From positions 1 to 46,247 of the forward strand of contig JAXSMZ010000009.1 in the NCBI GenBank assembly GCA_037924335.1: DNA of 46,247 bases, written 5' to 3'. The notes beneath the pieces are model-generated. The model saw only the letters and a program-made list of their open reading frames with translations, was not told where the DNA came from and searched no databases. Positions 9,495-19,483 of this stretch are shown here, in pieces. Source of the DNA: Aquificaceae bacterium (lineage in GTDB: Bacteria > Aquificota > Aquificia > Aquificales > Aquificaceae). How positions within the stretch are numbered: the stretch's first letter is position 1; each line of letters starts with the position of its first letter. A program made the translations under genes and the position numbers.

Positions 9495-10220
9495 ATGGAT
9501 GGACATATTTATGGATACAACCTTCCCATATCTGAGAAGACAAAAGCTGTCCCTTGGGAGGAGAAGGTTAGAGTTATAGAGGAAGTAAAATCAGATTTTA
9601 GGTTTAAGGAATACTTATTCGGCTGTCTCAACTGTGGCGTTTGCACTGCATCCTGTCCCTCTAACAGGTTCTTTGACTACTCCCCAAGGGAGATAGTCCA
9701 AAGGTTTTTGGAAGAAGACATAGAGGTTCTTTACGATATGATGCACGAGTATATATGGGCATGCTCCCAGTGCTTTACATGCTGGATAAGGTGTCCCTTT
9801 GTAAACAATCCAGGTGGACTAGTTGCCATAATGAGGGAGGTTGCGGTAAGAAATGCCTTTGAAGCCACAAAGGACCTTCTCAAACCTTACGGAAGGGTTC
9901 TTCTGAAGGTTATGACCACTGGAAATCAGCTTTCTGCAGACATGCTTCAGCCAGACTTCTTCCCAGACTGGGGACCAAAGATGGCAGATAACATGGAGAA
10001 CCTCAGAGCTAAGAGAATGGCCATACCCTTTGATGTGGGTAAATCTGTAAAGACGGCATGGGAAGTTTCATTAGAGACTGCTATGGAGATGTACACCATA
10101 TGGAGAGAGACTGGTATATTTGAGATGCTTGAAAAGCTTGACCCAAACCTTTACAACGTCATAATGGACATAGTTGAAGAGAATGAAGAAAGGTATGAGG
10201 AGATGTACGAGGAGGAATGA
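9495..10220 (+). CDS. hdrC1: Sulfur-oxidising heterodisulfide reductase-like subunit C1 (2x[4Fe-4S])
   Basis: CLNCGVCTASCP and CSQCFTCWIRCP motifs. First gene of the hdrC1B1A-hyp-C2B2 order. Confidence 0.9.
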   Translation: MDGHIYGYNLPISEKTKAVPWEEKVRVIEEVKSDFRFKEYLFGCLNCGVCTASCPSNRFFDYSPREIVQRFLEEDIEVLYDMMHEYIWACSQCFTCWIRCPFVNNPGGLVAIMREVAVRNAFEATKDLLKPYGRVLLKVMTTGNQLSADMLQPDFFPDWGPKMADNMENLRAKRMAIPFDVGKSVKTAWEVSLETAMEMYTIWRETGIFEMLEKLDPNLYNVIMDIVEENEERYEEMYEEE

Positions 10221-10265
10221 GTTTATGAATGGGTTAATGCCCAAAAAACTTAAGGAGGTTTAACC

Positions 10266-11609
10266 ATGGCACACGGTAAGCATAAAGAAGGAAGCATACT
10301 TATGTATCCAGAGCAACCGCCCTTCCCCCTGAAGGAGTATCATGCACATTACGACCATATCTTTGAGATGATGGAAGAGCTAGAAGCAAAGGGAGAAATA
10401 CTCATACACAGGATCACCGAAGAAAATCAGCCTGTGCATGTATTTACGAGAACTGGAAGGATAAAGGTCATCCCTACAAACAAGCTCTGGCATCATAAAT
10501 CCTGCGGTCAGTGTGGAAACATTCCAGGATACCCAGCATCTGTTTTTTGGTTGATGAACAAGTTTGGACTTGACTATCTTAACGAACCTCATCAGACATC
10601 CTGTACTGCTTGGAACTACCATGGTTCTGGAACATCCAACCCAGTTGCTCTTGCAGCAGTTTGGCTCAGGAATATGCACCAAGCTTGGAAGACAGGATAC
10701 TATCCACTCATCCACTGTGGTACATCCTTTGGCTCTTACAAAGAGACAAGAGAGCAGCTGATCATGAACAAGGAGCTGAGAGATGCTGTAAAGCCCATAC
10801 TCAAAAAGCTTGGAAGGCTTACAGAGGATGGAAGGATAGTCATACCCCAAGAGGTTGTCCACTACTCTGAGTGGACGCATGCTATGAGGTATAGGATAAA
10901 GGAACTCTACGAGAAGGAAGGAAAGGCGAAGGGAATAGATGTGTCCAACGTAAGGGTTGCCATACACAACGCCTGCCACACTTACAAGATGATAGCGGAT
11001 GACTATCCTTACGACCCAGAGGTCTTTGGAGGCCAAAGGCCAGCAGCATCAACGGCTGTTGTAAAAGCTCTCGGTGCACAGGTTGTTGATTACTCTACGT
11101 GGTACGACTGCTGTGGTTTTGGCTTTAGACACATACTGACAGAGAGGGAGTTCACAAGGTCCTTTGCCATAAACAGAAAGTTAAAAGTCATATACGAAGA
11201 CGTGAAAGCAGACTTGATAGTGACGCATGATACGGGATGTACAACAACCTTTGAGAAGAATCAGTGGATTGGAAAGGCTCACGGTATGTACTATCCTGTT
11301 GCTGTCATGTCTGATGTTATGTTCTCAGCCCTTGCATGCGGTGCTCATCCCTTTAAGATTGTACAGCTATACTGGAACTGCTCATCCTATGAACCCCTTC
11401 TTGAAAAGATGGGTATAACCAACTGGAGAGAGCTCAAAAAAGAATGGGAAGACACAGTAAAGCATATTTCTGAACTTGAAAAGGCTGGGAAGTACGATGA
11501 GCTTATGGAGTTCTTCAAAGAGTATGACCTTTATGAGCCATACAGCAGAACATCTACTGGAAAGCCGAAAGCTTCTGCAACTGCAGCTATGCCACTGTTT
11601 AAGTCTTGA
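10266..11609 (+). CDS. hdrB1: sHdr subunit B1 (CCG domain)
   Basis: HHKSCGQCGNIPGY, QTSCTAWNY and DCCGFGF motifs, plus position in the cluster. Confidence 0.9.
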   Translation: MAHGKHKEGSILMYPEQPPFPLKEYHAHYDHIFEMMEELEAKGEILIHRITEENQPVHVFTRTGRIKVIPTNKLWHHKSCGQCGNIPGYPASVFWLMNKFGLDYLNEPHQTSCTAWNYHGSGTSNPVALAAVWLRNMHQAWKTGYYPLIHCGTSFGSYKETREQLIMNKELRDAVKPILKKLGRLTEDGRIVIPQEVVHYSEWTHAMRYRIKELYEKEGKAKGIDVSNVRVAIHNACHTYKMIADDYPYDPEVFGGQRPAASTAVVKALGAQVVDYSTWYDCCGFGFRHILTEREFTRSFAINRKLKVIYEDVKADLIVTHDTGCTTTFEKNQWIGKAHGMYYPVAVMSDVMFSALACGAHPFKIVQLYWNCSSYEPLLEKMGITNWRELKKEWEDTVKHISELEKAGKYDELMEFFKEYDLYEPYSRTSTGKPKASATAAMPLFKS

Positions 11610-11638
11610 ATGAAAAATATGTTTTAGGAGGTTTGCTT

Positions 11639-12697
11639 ATGTCTAAGAGTGTGTTAGTTGTAGGTGGTGGACCAGCAGGTTTAGGAGCGGCAAGGATCCT
11701 TGGTAGGCTTGGCGTTCCTACAATACTTGTGGAAAAGGAGGATAAGTTAGGCGGTAGGCCAGTGCTAGAGGATTATCACACCCTTATACCTAGGAAGTTA
11801 AAGCCAAGCCAGGTTTTGGGTTCCTACATCAAAGAGGTTGAACAAAACTCTAACGTACAGGTAAAGCTCAAAACAGAGCTTGAAGCCTGCGAAGGTGAGG
11901 CTGGAAACTTCAAGGTCAGGCTTTCCAATGGGGAAACTCACCAAGTTTCTGCTGTGGTGGTTGCTACTGGTTTTCAGCACTTTGACGCAAGAAGGAAAGG
12001 AGAGCTTGGTTACGGAATCTATCCAGATGTTATAACCAATCTGGAGCTTGAGCAGATGTTTTCCCGTGAAGGGAAGCTTTACAGACCATCCAACGGACAG
12101 CTTCCCAAAAGGATTGCCTTTGTATTCTGTGTTGGCTCAAGGGATAGACAGTTGGGTGTTACAAACGTACATTGCTGTAGGTATGGATGTGCTCTATCTG
12201 GTCTTCAGGGGTCAGAGATAAGGGAGCACTATCCTGATGTGGAAGTTTTCTGTTATTACATGGACGTGAGGACCTATGGAACATGGGAGTATCCCTTCTA
12301 CTGGGCACCTCAGGAGAAGTACGGTGTAAGATACGTAAGGGGAAGGATAGCAGAGATAACATACAGTCCAGCCGATGGAAGGCTCAGGGTAAAGCATGAG
12401 GATACTATAGTTCAAAGGCCATCTGAGGTACCTATGGACCTTGTCGTTCTTGTCTTAGGAATGGAACCATCAGAAGGAACAAAGAAGGTTGCAAAGGTTT
12501 TGGGCCTTGCTCAGGACCCAGATAGCCAGTTTCTCATACCATCCGAAGAGTCTGGTTCTAACATAATATCCAACAGACAGGGTGTGTTTATAGCCGGTGC
12601 CTGCAAGGGACCTATAGACATAGAATCTTCCCTATCTGAGGGTGAGGCTGCTGCCGTGGAAGCCATAGCCTTTATAGGTACAAAGGTTGCTGTATGA
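11639..12697 (+). CDS. hdrA: sHdr flavoprotein subunit A
   Basis: GGGPAG FAD motif, CVGSRD, CCRYGC and AGACKGP. Start moved to ATG 11639 after AGGAGG. Confidence 0.92.
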   Translation: MSKSVLVVGGGPAGLGAARILGRLGVPTILVEKEDKLGGRPVLEDYHTLIPRKLKPSQVLGSYIKEVEQNSNVQVKLKTELEACEGEAGNFKVRLSNGETHQVSAVVVATGFQHFDARRKGELGYGIYPDVITNLELEQMFSREGKLYRPSNGQLPKRIAFVFCVGSRDRQLGVTNVHCCRYGCALSGLQGSEIREHYPDVEVFCYYMDVRTYGTWEYPFYWAPQEKYGVRYVRGRIAEITYSPADGRLRVKHEDTIVQRPSEVPMDLVVLVLGMEPSEGTKKVAKVLGLAQDPDSQFLIPSEESGSNIISNRQGVFIAGACKGPIDIESSLSEGEAAAVEAIAFIGTKVAV

Positions 12698-13422
12698 TGG
12701 TGAATCTTGACGACTTCTTGGTTAGGGATTATTTGATAAAGCTTTTGGGCGAAGGTGAGGAGTTTATCCAAGATATTTACAAGGACCTCCTCGCCAAGTC
12801 TCTTCTTTTTCAACAGCTTTTTAGCAAAGAAAGACTCCCTTCTTTAAAGGAAGAGGAGCTAAGCCAAGTGCTGGAAAAGGTATTTGACAGTAGAAGGAAG
12901 AGCAGAAGAATAATAGAGGAAACTGGAACTGACAATCTAAAGAGGGCTATCAGCGACCTTCTTTATGGGAAGGCAAGCTCATGGGAAGAAAGGGTAGAGA
13001 AGTTTGCAACCAGGATAAGAGGTATTGACAAGAAGGGAGCAAAAAACGTAGCTTCTGAGATACTGCACTATACTTTTCCCGAAGAGTATATCCTTTGGAC
13101 AAGCTGGATATGGGACCCGGAAAGCGAAAGCGGTGCTGTAGTCTTTTTAAAGGAAGAACCACCAAAGAGGTATATGTACGGTGAGACATACGAAGAGTTT
13201 GAGAGCATATATAAGCAGATTCAAGAGAAGCTCTTAGACTTTGGCATAAAAGCCAGGGGTTATCTTTTTGTGGATATATTCCTTGCCATGGTATACGCCA
13301 CTTATGTGGATTATATGACCCTTTCTACCATGCACAGTGCAAAGGGCTTTTTCCCACCGGCTGGGTCCATAGCAAGGAGGCTCTTGGGAATATTAAGAAA
13401 AGAAGACCTTTTGGAGGTTTAA
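12694..13422 (+). CDS. Conserved sHdr cluster protein (sHdrH/'hyp')
   Basis: Lies between hdrA and hdrC2, as in shdr clusters. LWTSWIWD motif. Confidence 0.75.
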   Translation: MMVNLDDFLVRDYLIKLLGEGEEFIQDIYKDLLAKSLLFQQLFSKERLPSLKEEELSQVLEKVFDSRRKSRRIIEETGTDNLKRAISDLLYGKASSWEERVEKFATRIRGIDKKGAKNVASEILHYTFPEEYILWTSWIWDPESESGAVVFLKEEPPKRYMYGETYEEFESIYKQIQEKLLDFGIKARGYLFVDIFLAMVYATYVDYMTLSTMHSAKGFFPPAGSIARRLLGILRKEDLLEV

Positions 13423-13423
13423 C

Positions 13424-14185
13424 ATGGCCATACATGAAAGAAGTTTGGTAGAACCTGAAAGAATCTTAAGGAAGGAAAGGCTTGTGGTTGAAGGTATAGA
13501 TGTTTCTGGTGATTGGAACCTTATCATACTACCAAGGGTTATAAACGACTATGACCTGGACTTTGCAAAGGAGATAGTGAGCTCTCCAGATGGTAAGACT
13601 ATAAACCAGTGTTATCAATGTTCATACTGTACGGCATCCTGTCCTGTTCACAACTACTGGGATGAGAGGTACAACCCAAGGCACTTTATATACCTTGCAA
13701 GGCTTGGAATGGTGGACGAGCTTCAAAAGCGTGCAGATGTCATGTGGAGATGCGTATCCTGTCATAAATGCACCCACAGATGTCCAAAAGGTGTTTTGGT
13801 TGAGGAAGTTCTAAAAGTTATACTGAGAACTATGGCCAAGAAGGGGATCGTAGAAGAGTACCCCTCTAAGAAGTTTGACAAATTCTTCACGGAACAGGTG
13901 CTCGAGTACGGAAGGATAGAGGATGGAGAGCTTCTCTTTGGATGGATAGAAAAGCAGGGTTACAAAGTTGTCAAAGACCCTATACTCAAAAAGCCTATCC
14001 CCTTTATAGGAGAGACACCAGAATGGCTAAAGCAGTTAACACTAAAGCCGATAAGGTCTATGAATGTAGACTTTTTAATACTCAACGCCAAACACATGCT
14101 CTTCCATCCAAAAACCAAAAACTGGAACAGGTTTAAACAGGTACTCAGAAAGGTCATAGAAGAAGAAGGAGTACTAACACATTAA
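13424..14185 (+). CDS. hdrC2: sHdr subunit C2 (2x[4Fe-4S])
   Basis: CYQCSYCTASCP and CVSCHKCTHRCP motifs. Confidence 0.9.
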   Translation: MAIHERSLVEPERILRKERLVVEGIDVSGDWNLIILPRVINDYDLDFAKEIVSSPDGKTINQCYQCSYCTASCPVHNYWDERYNPRHFIYLARLGMVDELQKRADVMWRCVSCHKCTHRCPKGVLVEEVLKVILRTMAKKGIVEEYPSKKFDKFFTEQVLEYGRIEDGELLFGWIEKQGYKVVKDPILKKPIPFIGETPEWLKQLTLKPIRSMNVDFLILNAKHMLFHPKTKNWNRFKQVLRKVIEEEGVLTH

Positions 14186-14196
14186 GGAGGTTTAAT

Positions 14197-15156
14197 ATGG
14201 GCGTAATAGGTAAAAGGGTTGCTTACTATCCTGGTTGTTCTTTAGAAGGAGCTTCAAGGGCTTACGATGTATCCACAAGGATAGTTGCTAAAGAGTTAGG
14301 TCTTGAGCTTGATTATCTTGAAGATTACAACTGCTGTGGTGCCATGGAATCAAAGAACGTAACCTTTATGGGAACCATGCTCTTTAATGCAAGGAACATG
14401 TCTTTGGCTAGGAAGCAAGGGCACGACGTTATAGTTGCCCCATGTAACGGTTGCTCCTTCTCCCTTCAGAGAGCAGAGTACTTTTTAGAAACAGACAATG
14501 GCGTTTTTGAAAGGGTAAACGCCCTTCTCAAGGAGGGTGGAGTTGACCCCCTTGACCAGATTCCTCATACTTATCATCTCCTCGAGTGGCTATACACAGA
14601 AGCTGGACCGCAGAAAGTAAAGGAGAGAACAAAAAGACCATTAAGGGGTCTGAAGATAGCAAACTACTACGGTTGTCTTTATACAAGACCGCACTTCTAC
14701 TCAAGAACTTATGCCCATGCTGGTGGACAGGAAGAGGATGCAAGACCCAGGAAGAGGGATACATCTGACGACGATGAACGCCCATACTATATGAACGCAC
14801 TCCTTGAAGCTGCTGGAGCAAAGAGTGTTGAGTTTGAGCCTATGCATACTCAATGCTGTGGTGGCCCTCACTCCCTATCGGATGAGATGGTTTCAGAGAA
14901 GTTTGTAATGATGATACTTCAAACGGCCAAGAGAAACGGTGCAGACATAATAGCAACAGAATGCCCCCTATGCCATGCGTCCGTAGAGATGTACAGGTAT
15001 AGGCTTATGATGAAGGGTGTTCCAGACGTAGATGTACCAGCGGCCTATTTTACACAGCTCCTTGGGCTTGCCTTTGGCTACAGCATCAACGACGTAAAAC
15101 TGAAAGACAATCTATCTGACCCTATCCCAGTCCTGAAAAGACTTGGATTAGCTTGA
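14197..15156 (+). CDS. hdrB2: sHdr subunit B2 (two CCG domains)
   Basis: YYPGCSL, NCCGA, PCNGC, QCCGG and ECPLCH motifs. Confidence 0.9.
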   Translation: MGVIGKRVAYYPGCSLEGASRAYDVSTRIVAKELGLELDYLEDYNCCGAMESKNVTFMGTMLFNARNMSLARKQGHDVIVAPCNGCSFSLQRAEYFLETDNGVFERVNALLKEGGVDPLDQIPHTYHLLEWLYTEAGPQKVKERTKRPLRGLKIANYYGCLYTRPHFYSRTYAHAGGQEEDARPRKRDTSDDDERPYYMNALLEAAGAKSVEFEPMHTQCCGGPHSLSDEMVSEKFVMMILQTAKRNGADIIATECPLCHASVEMYRYRLMMKGVPDVDVPAAYFTQLLGLAFGYSINDVKLKDNLSDPIPVLKRLGLA

Positions 15157-15165
15157 GGAAGTTGG

Positions 15166-15648
15166 ATGGCATTAGAGAAACCATCTACTCAAGAAGATAA
15201 AGAGTGGGAGTACAACGGATGCGTTGTGCCCCTTGATTTTTATTATGATATAGAGACTCAGACGTGGTTTAGGATAAACGATGATGGTACTGTCACCATG
15301 GGGCTTAGCGATGTTGGTCAAGTAAGGGCTGGGAGATTACTTCATGCTAGAATAAAGGAACCGGGTAAGTTTGTGAAGAAAGGGAAACCCGTCGCTTCCC
15401 TTGAGAGTGGTAAATGGGCAGGACCCATAAACGCTGTAATAGAAGGAGAGATCGTAGAAAGGAATGAAAAGGTGCTCGAACAACCGGATATAATAAACTA
15501 TGACCCGTACAACGATGGATGGGTAGTTAGATTAAAGCCATCGAACTTGGAGAGAGATTTAAAGGACCTTGTAACTGGCAAAGAGGCTGCAGAGAAGATG
15601 AAAGCCTACATAGATGAATGGGATATAATCTGCATGAGGTGTACATAG
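15166..15648 (+). CDS. lbpA: Lipoate-binding protein LbpA (GcvH-like)
   Basis: GcvH fold, lipoyl-Lys motif LESGKW, DPYNDGW, N-terminal NGC and C-terminal Cys residues. Confidence 0.85.
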   Translation: MALEKPSTQEDKEWEYNGCVVPLDFYYDIETQTWFRINDDGTVTMGLSDVGQVRAGRLLHARIKEPGKFVKKGKPVASLESGKWAGPINAVIEGEIVERNEKVLEQPDIINYDPYNDGWVVRLKPSNLERDLKDLVTGKEAAEKMKAYIDEWDIICMRCT

Positions 15649-15906
15649 ATGGGAGTAGAGAACAAGCATGTTATACTTCTTGTCTCTCAATGGTGTGCTA
15701 CGTGTCCAGATGCTGACGCTTTGTGGAAGAAGCTTCAGGCAGAGTATGGCTTTAGGTACGATGTTCTCGATGTTTCCCAACCGGAGGGTAGGATGTGGGC
15801 AAAGAAGCTTATAGTAAGGAGTGTCCCATCAACCATAATAGATGGGAAGTTGGCCTTTGTTGGTGTGCCAGATGAAGCAGAAGCTAGGAAGGCTATAGTA
15901 TCATGA
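15649..15906 (+). CDS. Small thioredoxin/glutaredoxin-like protein
   Basis: WCATC active site and SVPSTIIDG cis-Pro loop. Confidence 0.82.
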   Translation: MGVENKHVILLVSQWCATCPDADALWKKLQAEYGFRYDVLDVSQPEGRMWAKKLIVRSVPSTIIDGKLAFVGVPDEAEARKAIVS

Positions 15907-16292
15907 AGGTCATTATACTTATGACTAGTGGACCAAAAACACCTTGGAGGTGTGCATCTCCTTTTTACATAGCAGCTCTTATGGCTGCAAACGAGGCAGA
16001 GGTAGATGTTTTTTTTAATATGGATGGAACAAACTTAGTCAGAAAGGGAGTTGCGAGCAGAATAGTGCCAGCGGAGCCTAACTGCTTGAGCCCCAACGGT
16101 AAGAAGTTAAAAACTGTCTATGACTTTATGAGGGATGCAAAGCAGGCCGGTGTTAAGTTTTACTCTTGCAGACAGGCTATAGATTCACTTGGTTTAAAGG
16201 AAGAGGACCTTATAGAGGAGCTGGACGGTATAGTTCCAGCCAGTGAGTTTGCCCTTAGGGCTATGGAGGCTGATAAAGTTATTACCTTTTAA
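15903..16292 (+). CDS. DsrE-family (DsrE3-like) sulfurtransferase
   Basis: TSGPKTPWRCASPF, FFNMDG, AGVKFYSC and ADKVITF motifs. Confidence 0.85.
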   Translation: MKVIILMTSGPKTPWRCASPFYIAALMAANEAEVDVFFNMDGTNLVRKGVASRIVPAEPNCLSPNGKKLKTVYDFMRDAKQAGVKFYSCRQAIDSLGLKEEDLIEELDGIVPASEFALRAMEADKVITF

Positions 16293-16319
16293 AATTCTAA
16301 TAAACTGGAGGTAGGTAAT

Positions 16320-16766
16320 ATGGCAGTAGTAAACGGCTGCAACATACCAGAGGACCTGCTGTACGATGTGGAACCAGAGTCCAATGCCTTTACGTGGGCA
16401 AGGGACAACAAGGATGGTACATTTACTATAGGGCTTACCTCTGTGGCTGCCGCTATGGCTGGCAGGCTTGTTGCTTACACACCAAAGAAGGTGGGTAAAG
16501 CCATAGAAAGGCGCAAAAGCGTAGCAACCATAGAGAGCGGTAAGTGGGTAGGCCCTGTACCATCACCTTTGAGCGGTGAGATAACAGAGGTCAACGAAGC
16601 TCTGAGGGCGAACCCAGCTTTAGCCAACGATGATCCCTACGGTGCTGGATGGATAGCCAAGATAAAGCCGAATAATCCCGATGAAATAAACCAGCTTCTG
16701 AAGGGACAGACGGCTGTCGATGCTTTGTCCAAAGTGATAAACGAAAGGGGAATAAAGTGCGGATAG
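16320..16766 (+). CDS. lbpA: Lipoate-binding protein LbpA, second paralog
   Basis: VNGCNIPEDLLY, IESGKWVGP, DPYGAGW and C-terminal KCG. Confidence 0.88.
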   Translation: MAVVNGCNIPEDLLYDVEPESNAFTWARDNKDGTFTIGLTSVAAAMAGRLVAYTPKKVGKAIERRKSVATIESGKWVGPVPSPLSGEITEVNEALRANPALANDDPYGAGWIAKIKPNNPDEINQLLKGQTAVDALSKVINERGIKCG

Positions 16767-17770
16767 AAAACAGGGCTCTCTCCGTGGGTGTGGAACTCAA
16801 CCACACCCTTCTTGAAAGTTTATACGAAGGATTAGAGATAAAGAGGACCTATTTTGGGAGTGCTGTACACTTTTACAGCCCAAGCTTTAAACATTATGAG
16901 GTGGAGGATTTTAAGGTGAGCTCATCTCCAAAGTTTGTGGATGTGTCCATAACTGGGAGAAGCTGTGAGCTCATGTGTGACCACTGCGCCTCCAAGATAC
17001 TGTGGCATATGATTCCAGCCACAAGTCCAGAAGAGCTTTTAAGAGTAGGAGAAGAGCTGAAAAAAAGGGGCGTAGATGGCCTTCTTATCTCTGGAGGTTC
17101 CAACAAGGATGGTGTCGTTGAACTGTATCCCTTCTTGGACAGCATAAGAAGGCTAAAAGAAGACATGGGTCTTTTGGTCACATGCCATGTTGGGCTTGTG
17201 GATGAAGAATTAGCTTACGGATTAAAAAAGGCTGGCGTAGATGCTGTTCTCATAGACATAATTGGAGACAACAGGACCATAGCTGAAGTTTACAAGATGC
17301 CTCATAAGAGTGTGGAAGATTACAAAAAATCGCTTAGAGTTCTCAAAAAGCACGAACACCATATAGTACCGCACGTTATAATTGGTCTTCACTATGGGAA
17401 GATTTTGGGGGAGAGAGAGGCTATAGACATGATAGCTGAGTTTGACCCAGATGCTCTTGTTCTTGTAGTCATAATGCCCTACTACGGAAGGGCAAAGTTT
17501 CAGCTCCTTCCACCACCAAAACCAGAGGAGAGTGCCCATGTGTTCCTTTATGCAAGGAGAAAGCTTCCCAACAGACCCATAGTATTAGGATGTGCAAGGC
17601 CTGCGGGTGAAGATAGGATAAAGACAGACCTCTATGCTCTCTATGCTGGCATGAACGGCATAACCTTTCCCGCTGAGGGGGTTTTGACTCATGCCAAGGA
17701 GATGGGTTTTGAGCCTATAGTATCTCAAAACTGTTGTTCTACCATATACATGTTCAATGAAGTTAAGTAG
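16757..17770 (+). CDS. lipS1: Radical SAM lipoyl synthase subunit, LipS1-type
   Basis: CELMCDHC radical SAM motif plus GCAR and C-terminal CC motifs, adjacent to lbpA. GTG start uncertain. Confidence 0.75.
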   Translation: MRIENRALSVGVELNHTLLESLYEGLEIKRTYFGSAVHFYSPSFKHYEVEDFKVSSSPKFVDVSITGRSCELMCDHCASKILWHMIPATSPEELLRVGEELKKRGVDGLLISGGSNKDGVVELYPFLDSIRRLKEDMGLLVTCHVGLVDEELAYGLKKAGVDAVLIDIIGDNRTIAEVYKMPHKSVEDYKKSLRVLKKHEHHIVPHVIIGLHYGKILGEREAIDMIAEFDPDALVLVVIMPYYGRAKFQLLPPPKPEESAHVFLYARRKLPNRPIVLGCARPAGEDRIKTDLYALYAGMNGITFPAEGVLTHAKEMGFEPIVSQNCCSTIYMFNEVK

Positions 17771-18371
17771 TCTCATACTGGCAACTAAGAACATGGGAAA
17801 GTTTAAAGAGGCTAAGAGAATGCTCGAACCTTACGGCATAAGAGTAGAGCTTCCAGAGGAAGACATATATGTAGAAGAAACAGGACGCTCCTTCTTAGAG
17901 AATGCCTACCTTAAGGCTAAGGCTTATTACTATGTTTATTCGTCTCCCATCTTGGCAGAGGATGCTGGCCTGGAGGTTGAATGTCTTGATGGATATCCTG
18001 GAATCTACTCAAGCAGGTTTTACTCCATAGATTACGGTGGTAGAGAGGAAGTAAGTGGAAGTGTAGATGAGGCAAACATAAGAAAGGTTTTAAGGTTAAC
18101 GGCCAAAGCAGAGGACAGGAGCGCAAGGTTTATTTCCTTTTTTGTCCTCCATATGGGAGATGGTGGGTACTGGTCAAGAGGAGAGTGCAAAGGTAAGATA
18201 CTAAAAGAGCCTGCAGGGGAAGGCGGTTTTGGCTATGACCCCATCTTTAGCCCAGAAGGCTTTGATGTAAGTTTAGCTCAGCTCAGACCAGAAGATAAGG
18301 ATAGGATATCTCATAGAGGAAAGGCTCTTAGAAATTTGATAAGTATAATAAAAAATGGAGGCTTGCTATGA
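17757..18371 (+). CDS. rdgB: Non-canonical purine NTP pyrophosphatase (Ham1/RdgB)
   Basis: LATKNMGK, EETG.SFLENA, GFGYDPIF and SHRG motifs. Confidence 0.93.
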   Translation: MKLSSLILATKNMGKFKEAKRMLEPYGIRVELPEEDIYVEETGRSFLENAYLKAKAYYYVYSSPILAEDAGLEVECLDGYPGIYSSRFYSIDYGGREEVSGSVDEANIRKVLRLTAKAEDRSARFISFFVLHMGDGGYWSRGECKGKILKEPAGEGGFGYDPIFSPEGFDVSLAQLRPEDKDRISHRGKALRNLISIIKNGGLL

Positions 18372-19483
18372 ACAAACTGACCCTTGAGAAGCTCACAGAG
18401 CAAAAGGAAAGCCCAGAGTACCTTCAGATAAGTATGGCTGCAGCCATGACACTTGGTATAGTACCAGGACAGTTCTATAGAAACACAAAGCTAAGCTGTA
18501 TAAATACGCTTCTAACCTATCCCTCAGGTTGCCATGCATCCTGTGCTTACTGCGGTCTTCAGAAGGCAAGGGATATAGACTATTCTAAGAAGAACTTCAT
18601 AAGAGTTGAGTGGCCGACGGTGAAGCTTGAGGAAATAATGGAGAGAACTAAAAAGGTGGGTCATGTGGAAAGGCTCTGCATAGCCCAGATAACTCATCCA
18701 AGAGCCATAGAGGATACCAAGTATGTCCTCCAAAAGGTCCTTCAAGAGCTTGGGGATAAAATATTTGTCTCACTTTTGATAAACGCCACGGGTACCAAAT
18801 ACGAGGACATACTAGATTACAGAAAACTTGGAGCAGATACTGTCACGGTTGCCATAGATTGTGCAACGCCTGAAGTTTTTGAAAAGCTTCGTGGAAGACC
18901 CATGAACAGCCCACACAGATGGGAAACCTTTTGGAATGTTTTAGAATGGTCAGCGCAGGTTATGGGAGATGGATACGCTGGTTGCCATCTTGTTGTAGGC
19001 CTTGGGGAGACAGAGCAGGAGATGATAGAGGTCATTCAAAAGGTCAGGGACCTTGGAGCCAGAACTCATCTATTCTCCTTTTGGCCGGAGGAGGGTTCTC
19101 TGATGGAAAAGGAAAAGCCATGCCCTGCGCCCCAGTACAGAAGAGTTCAGTTGGCAAGGTATCTGATAGACAACCGTATAGCGAGATACGAGGATATGAA
19201 GTTCAACGAGAAGGGTCAGGTGGTAGACTTTGGCATTTCCGAGGAGACCTTTGAGGAAATCTTCTGGAGCGGAAGGCCCTTCATGACATCTGGATGCAGA
19301 GGGAAGACACAGGAAGTGGCTTGCAATAGACCTTTTGGAGACAGCTCTGTGAGCGACATAAAGAGCTATCCCTTCAAACCAAACAGAGAGGACCTAAGAA
19401 GGCTAAGAAAACAGCTGCTCGATTATGAAATGTCCCTAAACTACCCTGACGTTCTCAACCCAAGCCTTTTTAGGTATCAATGA
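18368..19483 (+). CDS. lipS2: Radical SAM lipoyl synthase subunit, LipS2-type
   Basis: CHASCAYC radical SAM motif and C-terminal TSGC...CNRP motif, with cluster context. Confidence 0.75.
   Translation: MNKLTLEKLTEQKESPEYLQISMAAAMTLGIVPGQFYRNTKLSCINTLLTYPSGCHASCAYCGLQKARDIDYSKKNFIRVEWPTVKLEEIMERTKKVGHVERLCIAQITHPRAIEDTKYVLQKVLQELGDKIFVSLLINATGTKYEDILDYRKLGADTVTVAIDCATPEVFEKLRGRPMNSPHRWETFWNVLEWSAQVMGDGYAGCHLVVGLGETEQEMIEVIQKVRDLGARTHLFSFWPEEGSLMEKEKPCPAPQYRRVQLARYLIDNRIARYEDMKFNEKGQVVDFGISEETFEEIFWSGRPFMTSGCRGKTQEVACNRPFGDSSVSDIKSYPFKPNREDLRRLRKQLLDYEMSLNYPDVLNPSLFRYQ

Noticed and set aside
15166..16766. Glycine cleavage system H proteins
   Set aside because: The ESGKW motif, terminal Cys residues and shdr context indicate LbpA. 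No gcvT/gcvP nearby.
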